A DNA stretch of 56,236 nt from the NCBI GenBank assembly GCA_026025795.1, contig JAPEUG010000073.1, positions 1-56,236 of the forward strand. The letters are read 5' to 3'. Source of the DNA: Thelocarpon superellum (lineage: Eukaryota). The position numbers were made by a program, and so were the translations under genes. Positions 1 through 11,573 of the stretch are shown piece after piece (within the stretch, counting starts at the first letter, position 1; the number at the start of each line of letters is the position of its first letter). The notes under the pieces are model-generated. The model saw only the letters and a program-made list of their open reading frames with translations. It was not told the origin of the DNA and did no database searches.

Positions 1-1599
1 CAGCACGTCTCGTGTCCTCCCCCATCCACCCCGTCCACCCTCCCTTACCCGGCGATCGCCCCCCACGCGCCCGCGCCCCGGGGCCACCCGGGCGCGCTCG
101 CCCCCCCTTGTCCGATGCTCGGTGATGGTTTTCTCACCATTTCTCATAACATGTCTTGCAAGCTAGGGTCCAAAGGTCGTTTGGGCCGCGCGTGCAGCTT
201 GTGGAAGCTACTCCCAAGTCCGACGTCCAAGCAACACCCTCGCCATTAATCGCTCCGCAGGATAAGATAAGATGTCTCTAGTATGATATGATAGCACCCA
301 ACTTGTGCTGTGTTTAGACACCCTTTCAGGCACCGACAACGGGAGGTCGAACTGTGATCCCAAATGTCCTGTCCCACCCGGGCGACATTTCAGCGCTTAC
401 AAAGGGTGGATCCCTTCTGTCTAGAGGGGAGACCCCTAGATCGCTTGGTACTGCGTCGGGCGGCGTTACTGAAGCCGCAATGGCCGAACGCATGGTGCCC
501 CTCACTCATGCTCATCCTTCAGGGAAACGACTCCGACATTCGCAATGGGAACTGCCGTGACGTTGGCTTCATGAGAATTCGATGCTTGAAATCCTCACAC
601 TTACTTGCCGTGCAGACTTTTCGGTGAATTCTGCTCTTCCCAAAGACCCTGCGTGTAGGAAATGGTCGATATGTCGTACGCAGTCATTGAGTGGTAATAT
701 ATCTTGTCGTTGAACTTCGACCCTGATCGACCCTGATTCACTTCGACATCGCGTCGCGCGCGTCTCATCCGACCTGGCCACTCTGCAAGTCTCGGTGCGC
801 GCATAATACGGTAGATGACTGTCCTCGTCATCGCACTCCGCCTTCGGTAACGTACCCAGGGTGTCGGCGCACAAATGGTAGGTGTCTTGGTGTGTCTTTC
901 CGTGTGCCTGTGGCGCGGCCGGCAGGAGAGGGCTCGGCTCATCAGGCTGATCGCACTCGTCAGAGGCCACTTGCTACAGCATCTCGTGCGTTGGCTGGCT
1001 CATTCGTTGTCATCGTCATGGGATAGATGGGAGGATTATATATCGCCGTCTCCATTCTACGACGTTACGGGGTCGTTCGCATGTTGCGCTGCGGGGGGAG
1101 GATACAGGCGAGATGACCGCAAGAGCGTGGCCGGATCGTTCACGACACCGTGTAGGTACGAAGATAGAAGGGAGGGTGCGAGCTTAGAATCGGCACGTCA
1201 TTGATGTAGGACTAGCAAGGATCCCAAGGGCTAGGTACGATCTGTCCTCGGAGGATGGAGAGGGCGGGCGATGGCCATCAAAGCATCGTTGGAGTTAGCT
1301 TACCTGCGGGACGGGCGGCTGGATTGGATTTCCGGGCAACGTCGTGACAGCTGGCGGCTGGTGATGGGCATGGCATAGTAAGCTTCCGATGACGGACGAT
1401 CAAGAGGATCATGGGCGATGGTGCCGTCCCGAGGCATGTTGGTGATGCGGTAGGGTGGTGGGAGACCTCCGGTGACGAGAGGGAGGACGTAAGAAAGCAA
1501 GGGTCACGCACCTTCAATACGGCAGCCGCACTGGGGGATCGAGTAGTGTCTTTCACCGCTGTCAACGTACCTCGCATCACTTCTAACTACGCAACGCCC

Positions 1600-2508
1600 T
1601 CACGTCATCTCCTCATCCTCGGACGGAGGAACAATTGCCGGCCCAGCCATACCAAAGCCACGTGCCATCTCCTGCTGGGCCATGAGCTCCCGCCAGAGGT
1701 CGGGACCTCGATAGACGGGGTCTAGGGCCGAGACGGACAGCGGAGCCTCGGCAATCCACGGCTCGCCCGCGTCGGCCCCGATTGCCATGGGCGATGTCTT
1801 CAATGAAGGCGAACCCGCGACGGGGTAGGGCTGCGCAAGCTTGTTGTACCCGGCGGTGATGTACGGCTCCGGGACGGCATGGCTGTCATCCAGCGCTTCA
1901 CCTCCGCCGCGCTGCGTCAAGCCCGTCATTGGCCGCGCGTTGGCATGATGCCAGTCTCGCTGATCGACTCCCCATCCTTGCACGTCTCCATAGCCCCACT
2001 TCCGCCGCTCCTCAAACAAGGCACGTTCAAGATGAAGGCGGGCCAATGAGCCGTCCTGCATCGAGGGGTGACTCACCTCCGGGACGGCCACATTTGGGAT
2101 AGCCCGCGCGCGGTCGCCGCCGGAGATTCTCCACAGCTCAACCAGGCGGAGCTGTTGGCTCGCGTCGGCCTGTTGGAACAGAATCAGCTGTCGAGGGTGA
2201 AGGGTTGTTGGATCGATCCCCTGCGCAGACAGCAATTGTTCCGCCGACGTAGGCGGGCTGGAAGTCGGATCTGCCGGTGCGGGCGCAAAGACCGCGGGTA
2301 ATGGGGTCGCTGGGGCGGACGACGCGAGATGCGCGGAGTGATGATAGTGTTGCGAGATCGAGTACTGAATCGGGCGCCCATGCGGGGTTTCTGGTCTGTG
2401 GTCGGGGGACGGCTCGTCGACAGCCGGTGGCCCCCGAGTCGCGAGCGCCGTCGGATCGGGTGTGAGCGACAGGTTGCGCGCGAACAGGGTGGCGAGGTCT
2501 TCGGGCAT
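1600..2508 (-). CDS. Hypothetical protein, probably conserved in Pezizomycotina (302 aa)
   Basis: Single ATG-initiated ORF with conserved-looking blocks (DLATLFARNLSL, YSISQHYHHSAH, GIDPTTLHPRQLILFQQA..QQLRLVELWRIS, EPYITAGY) that I recall from uncharacterised fungal proteins. Confidence 0.7.
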   Translation of the reverse strand: MPEDLATLFARNLSLTPDPTALATRGPPAVDEPSPDHRPETPHGRPIQYSISQHYHHSAHLASSAPATPLPAVFAPAPADPTSSPPTSAEQLLSAQGIDPTTLHPRQLILFQQADASQQLRLVELWRISGGDRARAIPNVAVPEVSHPSMQDGSLARLHLERALFEERRKWGYGDVQGWGVDQRDWHHANARPMTGLTQRGGGEALDDSHAVPEPYITAGYNKLAQPYPVAGSPSLKTSPMAIGADAGEPWIAEAPLSVSALDPVYRGPDLWRELMAQQEMARGFGMAGPAIVPPSEDEEMT

Positions 2509-3584
2509 TCTTGCGTGGGGACGGTGTCTACAAGGACGAGAGCCGAGGGACCTAAGAGGGCATCGTCACGGATGAGAAATGGACTTGACCAACGACGCAT
2601 CGGGCGCACCTGGCGGACGATGGCGTTACCGCCTCGCTGCAAAAGGAGCTGACAGCAAGATCAGAGAGGTTTGCACGCGTTCCCTGCGGAAGCATCTGTC
2701 GAGCTCGGTGACCGGAATGTATGGCTGTCGAAGGGAGGGGGTACTAGGCAAGGGCGGGCTGTGGGTAGATGTATGAAGTGCCGGGGCCTGCCTCAGACCC
2801 ATGTGTCGCTTCCGTGTGGGCGCCCACGCGGAGTCTCGCACGCGCGGTTGGCTCGAAGCCATGGCTAGGGCTTCGCTGAAACGTATGTCCGAGCTAGCGC
2901 CACCGTGTGGGTGCCCAAGCCTACGACTTTCAGCACAGATGCCAGCCAATGGAAGACAGGGGTATCAAGTGATACGAATCAGGGTCCTTTGCGTGGGTTC
3001 CAGGGTCGGGTGGAGCTGTCAAAGTGTCTGTGGGCATAGGTTGGTTAAGTGGGGATCGCCCCGAGCGAACCCTCGCGTTGGTCCGTTGAGTGGGTCAACC
3101 GGTCCACACACCCGGGACAGGTTCGCCAGACCATTTCCATCACAAGCCAAGGTACAGACGCTCTATGTAAGCTGTGGATACATGTTGACCCTTTCAGTGT
3201 CGCCAAACCAATGCTCTTGGCAGTCGATGCCACCGGGCGGATTGACTTTGCGGCGAGGTGACTGATGACGCAAAGGGTGCGGGGTCTGCCGACGTCATCC
3301 AACCTCGGCTCGCAAGAAGCAACCAGGGAGGATTCCAGTGACTACGTCGTGGCACGTCGTGGATCGCGTCGTGGAAAGCGTGGTACGATACTATCATACG
3401 ACTAGGTATTCACGATACATCAGAGACGTCGAATGCACCATCATCTTGGATTGCGTCTCGTGACCTCACATACTGCAACCTCCGACAACGTGACGACTCT
3501 CCTCACGTCACTGACAGTCTAGTCGTTCGACCAAACGACTCCAATCACGTTCCACGGGCGGGCATAGCGCGACCAACACGCGCA

Positions 3585-4688
3585 ATGACCCCCTCAAAGA
3601 TGAAGGCGCTGACGGCGGGAGACCGGTCGCTGATCGAGCAGGGCATCAACGCTATCAAGGGGCGAGGAATCGGACACGGGGCGTCGGTGCAAGAGGTGGC
3701 GGTGCCGGAGATTGCGGACAACGAGGTGCTGGTCAAGGTGCACAGCGTGGCGCTGAACCCGACGGACTACAAGCACATCGACAACATCTCGCCGGCGCAC
3801 AGCATCATCGGGTGCGACTATGCAGGCGAGGTGGCGGCGGTCGGAAACGGGCCAGAGGCCAGCTCCCGCTGGAAGGTCGGCGATCGCATCGCCGGTGTCG
3901 TCCACGGTGGCTCGTACCCGGATAAAGGCAGCTTCGCGGAATATCTCAAGGTTGAGGCGGATCTGGCGGCGAGGGTGCCAGAGGGCGTGTCGAATCATGA
4001 CGCCGCCACCTACGGCGTGTCGGCCGCCACGGCCATGCAAGGCGTTTACCACACCCTTCACGTGCCGTGGCCGGACGCCTCGACGGAAGAGCAGGCCAAG
4101 GCGCCGCCCTCCATCCTCGTCTACGCGGGCTCGACAACCGCCAGCCTCTTCGCGATCCAGATGGCCAAACATGCGGGCCTACGCGTCGTGACGACCTGTT
4201 CGCCACACTCCTTTGCCCTCGTGAAGCGATATGGTGCCGACGCGGCCTTTGACTATCGCTCCGACACCGCGCTGGCTGACATCAAAAAGGCCTTTCCCGA
4301 CCTGACGTGTGCTTTTGACGGCATCTCCGAGGGCGGGTCGCAGACATTCTGTGCCGAGGCCATGGGACCGAACGGTGGAGCTGTCATCGCTCTCTTGAAG
4401 CCGGAAAAGACATCGATTCCGCACGTGCAAATCATTGGTACCTTGGCATACACGCTCATGGGCCAGCCCTTTCAATGGTTTGCACCACTCGGGCCCAAAT
4501 TCGAGGCCAAGCCGGATGACCGGGCGGCCCTGGCCCGCTTCTATGCCCTGCTGCCCTCCCTGACCTCCTGGCTCAAGGCGCCCCCGACGCAGCTCGTTCC
4601 GGGGGGCTTTGATGGTCTCCTGCCGGGCTTGGACATGTTGCGCAAGGGAAAGGTCTCGGGACGGAAACTGGTCGTGGACCTGGCCTAG
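3585..4688 (+). CDS. MDR-superfamily trans-enoyl-reductase-like (ToxD/LovC-like) oxidoreductase
   Basis: Intronless 367-aa ORF with EVLVKVHSVALNPTDYK, IIGCDYAGEV, KGSFAEY, VVTTCSPHSF, YGADAAFDY and terminal GKVSGRKLVV. The real start may be the second ATG at 3600. Confidence 0.9.
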   Translation: MTPSKMKALTAGDRSLIEQGINAIKGRGIGHGASVQEVAVPEIADNEVLVKVHSVALNPTDYKHIDNISPAHSIIGCDYAGEVAAVGNGPEASSRWKVGDRIAGVVHGGSYPDKGSFAEYLKVEADLAARVPEGVSNHDAATYGVSAATAMQGVYHTLHVPWPDASTEEQAKAPPSILVYAGSTTASLFAIQMAKHAGLRVVTTCSPHSFALVKRYGADAAFDYRSDTALADIKKAFPDLTCAFDGISEGGSQTFCAEAMGPNGGAVIALLKPEKTSIPHVQIIGTLAYTLMGQPFQWFAPLGPKFEAKPDDRAALARFYALLPSLTSWLKAPPTQLVPGGFDGLLPGLDMLRKGKVSGRKLVVDLA

Positions 4689-5421
4689 GCTCCATATTGT
4701 CGTCAAGAAGAGACTTGAAGTCAAACATGGCGAGGCAAGACGAAGCCGATCTAGCCGTCAAAAACATGCATCACATTTCCATCAACGTAGCTCTGGACAT
4801 GCGAGAATAGATGCCATGGTAGTGATAAGTCTCTGCTCTGTAGGAGAACAGGATGATAACGAAGAGGGGGTAGAGAAGGAGAGAGGTTTGGTGGCATCGT
4901 CACAATGAATGAGGTGGGTCGTAGTACCCAAAGCGGGTGGGCCGATTCCGTCTCAAGATACGGGAGCATAGCTCTCGGCTCGAGCGGGGACAACACCCGG
5001 GCCGTATATCGGCAGGGAAATGGTTACCAGGGCAAAATGATCACGTTCACGCGTTCACGCTGTCAAGCTACACCACACTCCGTGAATGTCACAACCACCG
5101 CCAACGAGGATGCAAGCACACGGGGAGCACGAATCAATGGGCCAGCCGTGCGGGACATGGTGGTGGATGAGATGAGATGGAGAAGACACAGAGAGGCCGG
5201 CAGCAGAGGTGTGACGTGACGAGAGAGATGACAGACACGATGCCCGGTGGGGGAGAAGGGAAGAGAGAAGGGAACCAGATAGAACAAGGTCACAGCCAGA
5301 AACACCCAAGGTTGACGTCCTCCTTGGTCCTTATGCAGGAAGAGGCGGAGAGTGGGGGGCTGCTCGGTCGACGATGAGTGAGGGCAAAGCACCGTGGGGA
5401 GATATGCTCACTGGATCCGAA

Positions 5422-6099
5422 TTAGATGGACGAGACGGCATCCGCGGCGGCTTCGGCGAGGGCGTCAGCCGCACGTTTGGCCTTGCCACACGATTGACCA
5501 GGACGCCAGCAGAATTGTGCGGCAGCATCGGCCTCGGCCTTCGGGTTGGGCTCGGCGTAGGCCAGCGCATCCGCAATCGCTTCGGCGGCACGCTTGACTT
5601 TGCCGCAAGACTGGCCGGGTCGCCAGCAGAATTGAGCCACGGCGCCGGCCATGGCCTCGGGAACGGGCTTAGCCTCGGCCTCGGCCTCGGGCCCGGGAAG
5701 CGGTTCGGGGTCTGGTTTACAAGCTAATCAGCGGAACGCAAAACGACGATGGCGCGTGGGGGAAGGGAGGGACGCACCAGCGGAGCGCTTGACTTGCCCG
5801 TCGGCGCCGGCCGCGGCGTAGGCGTCGGCCACCGCGCTGGCGAGGGCATCAGCAGCTCGTTTGGCCTTGCCACACGACTGGCCTGGGCGCCAACAGAACT
5901 GCGCGGCGGGATGGGCGGCGGCGTCGGGCTCGGCGTAGGCCAAGGCTTCGGCGGCCGCATCGGCGGCGCGCTTGAGTTTCCCGCATGATTGGCCCGGGCG
6001 CCAGCAGAACTGCGCCTCGGCCAGGGCCATGGGCGAGGGCGAGGCCTCGACAGAGACGGTGGCCAGGAAGGCCGTGTAGATGAGGGTGGTAACTTTCAT
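5422..6099 (-). CDS. ppg1: Alpha-factor-like peptide pheromone precursor (ppg1/ccg-4/ppgA type), 2 exons, 203 aa
   Basis: Signal peptide MKVTTLIYTAFLATVSVEA. Four identical QFCWRPGQSCG repeats, each followed by KxKR (Kex2 site) and preceded by X-A/X-P dipeptide runs (Ste13). GT-AG intron at 5712-5777; the dipeptide register is preserved across the splice. Confidence 0.95.
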
Positions 6100-6286
6100 G
6101 GCGGTGATCGAGATTGGGAGGAGTGCGGGTGATGACGTCGCCGGGACGTTAAGAGGAGGGGGGATGCTCTGGAGATACTGACGGCGGTAGGTCAGACGTT
6201 GGAAGGATAGTAAAGGTGCAAGCAATGGACGTTCTCGCCTCGACCACGAGGCAGCTTCTATATGTCGCGGACGCGACTGATGTTGG

Positions 6287-6832
6287 TCAATGAGGAGTGA
6301 AGGTGGTCACGAAGGAGGCGGGAATGAACAAGGGCAGAAGGGGGTCCGTGCTGGCGCTCCGCCGCGACGCGGCTCAAGCGGAGGACATTGGATGATGCGC
6401 AGATAAGCTGGTGGAGCCCGTAGGCGTGTGATCGGATTGGTCGAGGTCCTCGTGACCGAGGCCGGCCGGCCAGCCGGTATTGAGAAAGGCTGGAGTGAGG
6501 TTGAGCTCAAAAGAATCGGGTCGGAGCTCAGTCACCGGGTCCAAGGACGGGCAAACTTAGATGATGGTGTGGTCGTTAGCTGGTGAGGGAAATGAAAGAA
6601 TCCTCAACGAGACTCGTTCCCGTGGAAGATCGAGAGGGGGTCAAGGGTCGCTCGAGGTCGATCTCCAGGCGGTTGCACCAGCCATGGGCCCCACCGACGG
6701 ATGTAGCGACTGTATCTCCCCGCAAGATCTGCCGCGGGGGATCTGAAAGCGACAAAGGCGTCGTTCAATGACGGGATGAACTGGTACATGTTGATGGAAT
6801 GTTCTTTTGATAGCCAAATGGGGGTGTCAATA
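6287..6832. promoter_or_regulatory. Cluster of four TCAAT(G/A) motifs upstream of the pheromone gene; candidate alpha-box (MAT1-1-1) sites
   Basis: TCAATG 6287-6292, TATTGAG 6478-6484, TCAATG 6765-6770, TCAATA 6827-6832; TATA-like CTATAT near 6258-6263. Confidence 0.4.
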
Positions 6833-7530
6833 ACAGTAGCGCCGAAGGGACCCGCTAGACCAATCTGGGCCGACTGGACGAGAAGAATAGTAGCGAGTCA
6901 CAGTGAATGCTCGTTGGGAGCGCGCAGCTCAGTTCGCGACCAGGGCCACCGAAAGGAGACTGAAAGGAGAGAGATGGGTGGTAAAGTAAGCCAGGAGTGT
7001 GGTGGCGGGATGCGGGTAATCGCGAGGATCGATCGTCTGAAGTGCAGCACGCCACCATGACGCGGGTCCAACGGGACCGTGGTGGGAGTTGGAAATTGTC
7101 ATCACGGTGTTCACGTCTCCTCGAGGATCAGCCGATCACGGTTGATGCATAACTGGAAGGGATATGGCGTAGAGAGAACGGCGTAGATGAGTGCACATGG
7201 TTGTCGAGTCAGGAGACGTGTGTGTCCATCAACCCCTACGGGTGTTCAAGGAGAGGAGGAATGGTAGGGGACGGTGGCCTCTTGACTGTGCCATCGCGGA
7301 TTCCACTCAAGAACGTCTCTCTTCGTCATCAGAGGCTGAGGACCGCTGACGCCCTATCACGGGAATCGGAAATATGAGTATCTGCGGAGAACGGGGAGTG
7401 GCGTTGCTGGGCGTGGCGGGCCAAGACCGCCAGGGATATGGTCGACCTGCCTTCCTGGGCGGAGTCAACCGCGGTGGAGGGACAAGGCACGGCCGGGGAT
7501 CCGCCGTCGCTTAAGCACCAAGTGTAGGAA

Positions 7531-8208
7531 TCAGAGCTCATGGTCAAGTTCGGGGTCTCCTGTCGAATGGGCCGTCTGGTGCTTCCGTTGAGCACCCCTG
7601 TCCTCCTCGTCGTTGCGTTGCAGCCGTGCGAAGCGTAGGCTGAACTCCGTCTCACCGTCCGGCCAGTGCTGCAGCTCCCTGTAGCTAGCCAGCTTCAGTC
7701 GCCGCAGCTCTGGATTGCCGATTGTGCTGTGTCGTTCTTCCAATCCGGGTAGCACGTGGGTCGCTCCATCCTTTCGTACGATGACGCCGCCGTTATCGTA
7801 GTCCTGGATTGCTCGATATTGACGATGGAAGTCCTGTCCTAGGATGGCATCTGCTTCCGTATCCACCACGATGAAAACTGCGTCATCTTCGAATGCTCCG
7901 CAGGTCCATCGGCAGCGTACGGTTCCCTTGATATCGAGCGTCTGCATGTTCTTGTTCCCTCCAAGATTCACGTGTCCTTCTGCAGGTGTCACTGCTAATT
8001 CCAACTCGTTCACCAGTCTCCAGGATATGAAGCGATGCGTAGCTCCACTATCCACTAGGAATCGTACAGTCCTCCCGTACATCCTTCCGTCGATATAGAC
8101 ACTTGAGGAATCCAGTGATATCACTCTCAAGCTTGCTGATATTTGGTCCATTCCTCTGGGCCGTACGAGCGTCCTCGTAGCCCCATGGGGTTCCTGCACC
8201 CCCATCAC
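7531..8208 (-). pseudogene. Truncated gypsy pol fragment (retroviral-type aspartic protease)
   Basis: FLVDSGATHRFIS catalytic motif and DAILGQDF motif. The frame is open upstream to about 8316 and terminates inside the residual LTR; no RT, RNase H or integrase. Confidence 0.85.
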
Positions 8209-8360
8209 GTCATTCGCAGCTGGTGTCTTCAGCTCGATAGACGGCGTATGCTCTGGCCCGTAGGATTCCGTTAGGTCGTACAGTTGCTCGTGGTCGGGAG
8301 CTCCGATCCTAGGCTCCTAGACGACTTGATCTTGATATAACCTATCGTGTTGCTACCAGA

Positions 8361-8450
8361 TGTAGGAGTCAGAGCTGAATTGCTAATCTACGCGTAGTGG
8401 GGATAGTGATAGGAGTGGGCACGTGACCAGATCACGTGCGCGCTCCTACA
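8361..8450 (-). repeat. 90-bp 5' LTR with 8-bp inverted termini TGTAGGAG...CTCCTACA; primer-binding site TGGTAGCA at 8351-8358
   Basis: TG..CA ends. The PBS starts 2 nt inside the LTR boundary and matches the Ty3-type initiator-Met tRNA PBS (TGGTAGC). Internal hairpin GCACGTGA-N5-TCACGTGC at 8419-8439. Confidence 0.85.
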
Positions 8451-8563
8451 CAAGTAAGTTACTCGTGCGGGTAACAACCGCGTGTCCCGAACATCCGACG
8501 CAGCGTTGGCCATCACCACTTCGTCAACGCCCACCGTTCCAGACAAGATCGATGACCGTCAAG

Positions 8564-10027
8564 ATGTTGTCACGGAGCTTGCGCAGTGCGGGACAAGTAA
8601 GCTGAGGATATCCTGGCGGTTCGATTCCGCGATTGAAGCCTTCTTCATGCTAATCGGCACTGTCGCTTCCGCAGGGAGCCCAAGGATCACGGTGCCGGGT
8701 CGGACCGTCCATGGCCACGCGGTGTAAGTCGAGCGATCAATCGGGATCAATGATATGCCGTGGAGGAGATCGTGCTGACCATGGTGGGTAGCCATGGCCA
8801 CGGTGCAATCGGACATCTTCAAGCCGACCAAGTACGGCGGCAAGTATACGGCGACGTTGATCCCCGGTGACGGTATCGGAGCCGAGGTCGCCGAGTCGGT
8901 CAAGACCATCTTCAAGGCAGACAATGTACCGATCGAGTGGGAGCAGGTGGATCTGGCGGGTGTAGAGACGGGAGATAAGCACTCAGAGGAGCTGTTCCGC
9001 GAGAGTATCGCGTCGCTGAAGCGGAACAAGCTCGGGCTGAAGGGTGAGTGACGCGGGATGCTGCGGATGGGCGCGACCCAAGACTGACGATCACGATGAT
9101 AGGCATCCTGCACACCCCAATTGAGCGTTCCGGCCATCAATCATTCAACGTGGCGCTGCGGCAGGAGCTGGACATCTACGCGTCCATCGTGCTGATCAAG
9201 AACATCCCGGGCTACAAGACCCGGCACGATAACGTCGACCTGTGCATCATCCGCGAGAACACCGAGGGAGAGTATTCGGGCTTGGAACATCAGTCGGTGC
9301 CGGGGGTGGTGGAGTCGCTCAAAGTCATTACGCGGGCCAAGTCGGAGCGGATCGCGAAATTCGCCTTCAGCTTCGCGCTGGCCAACAACCGCAAGAAGGT
9401 GACGTGCATTCACAAGGCCAACATCATGAAGCTGGCCGACGGTCTCTTCCGCAACACGTTCAAGCGCGTGGCCGAGGACTACCCGACGCTGGAGGCCAAC
9501 GACATGATCGTCGACAATGCCTCCATGCAGGCCGTGTCGCGCCCGCAGCAGTTCGATGTCCTGGTCATGCCCAATCTGTACGGCAGCATCCTGTCGAACG
9601 TGGGGGCGGCGCTGGTGGGCGGACCGGGCATCATCCCCGGGTGCAACATGGGTCGGGAAGTGGCCGTCTTCGAGCCTGGCTGCCGCCACGTCGGCCTCGA
9701 TATTCAAGGCAAGGACCAGGCCAACCCCACCGCCATGATCCTCTCCGGGTCCATGCTCCTCCGCCATCTGGGCTTGGACGAGCACGCCAATCGAATCTCC
9801 AAGGCCGTCTATGGAGTCATCACGGAGGGGTATGTGACCCGAAGCTCTGTTCTCCCCTCCCTTATCCCACATGCCCACCATCGCAAATCCGTTCCACTTC
9901 CTCGATGCTCCTCTTCGCACCGAGACTGATTTCCAAACATAGCCAAATTCGCACGCGAGATATGGGCGGAACATCCACGACGCGAGAATTCGAGCGCGCC
10001 ATCCTCGATAAGATGGAGGCGTATTAG
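8564..10027 (+). CDS. IDH1: NAD-dependent isocitrate dehydrogenase subunit 1, mitochondrial (5 exons)
   Basis: Presequence MLSRSLRSAGQ; KYGGKYTATLIPGDGIG, RENTEGEYSGLEH, HKANIMKLADGLF, MPNLYG, FEPGCRHVGLDI. Four GT-AG introns (first 8597-8674). Confidence 0.95.
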
Positions 10028-10332
10028 CGAGGGAGGAAGATCATGGTATGGTGCCGAGCTTCTCTGAGGTACGAGGCAGGACGTGGGAGTAGTTCTCTGG
10101 GGTACGAAGCGGGAAGATCAGGCGAGGGCGGCAACAAGAGATCATGAGATTAGATGTATGACTATCATAGCGTTTATATCACACTCGACCAGAAGCACCA
10201 GCAGTCCTCTGCAGCCGTGGAAAGCGGAGCGCGGTAAACTCGCCACAATGCGTTGCTACACTATGCTACCACGCAACAAAATCCACGCAGATGGATCAAC
10301 TAGAGTGTAGAACGCTTCATCCAGCGAGAGCG

Positions 10333-11202
<870 letters not shown>

Positions 11203-11573
11203 GGCAAAGACAAGAGGCTTAACGAGGTAAGATCTTCAACCACGGGGGTCTGCTCTCGAGCAGGGCGAATGTTCAAGTCATCGTGGCGTGCGGACGTACG
11301 CTGTGGCCGACGCTGCACCTTACCATGCGAGTACTCGTACGGGAACTGTTGTCCGCCAATCAATCGCCGGCACGGCATTTGCCGTGATCGAGCCCCACGG
11401 AGAACATGTAAATCTCATGGGCGGCGCACGGGAGATCCCCACGATACTCCACCCAAGGCCATCTGGTCTAGGTATGGATCTTGACCACCGGACAGGCTCG
11501 TCACGAGCGGTGCAATACTTGGTCGAGAGATAGGACGGGGAAGTCTCCGTCTCACAATCCCACGCTGGTCAAG

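Larger units (their letters stand above)
7523..8450 (-). mobile_element. Internally deleted Ty3/gypsy LTR retrotransposon with 4-bp target-site duplication CAAG
   Basis: CAAG at 7519-7522 and 8451-8454. Complete LTR at 8361-8450; 16-bp LTR terminus at 7523-7538 (TGTAGGAATCAGAGCT vs TGTAGGAGTCAGAGCT). PBS and retropepsin ORF lie between them. Confidence 0.9.

Noticed and set aside
1..330. C-rich start of the window (G-quadruplex potential on the minus strand) and GATAA/TATGA mini-repeats
   Set aside because: It could be a repeat or element end, but no terminus, TSD or ORF can be supported within the window.
569..970. Short minus-strand ORFs near the left edge
   Set aside because: No recognisable domain and no consistent exon model.
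3585..4688. Enoyl reductase as a sign of a polyketide cluster
   Set aside because: There is no PKS, NRPS, transporter or cluster regulator in the window.
5440..6015. Regularly spaced direct repeats resembling an array
   Set aside because: They are fully explained by the pheromone peptide repeats and are not a CRISPR array.
8618..8628. GGTTCGATTCC tRNA B-box-like sequence
   Set aside because: It lies inside IDH1 intron 1, with no cloverleaf or A box.
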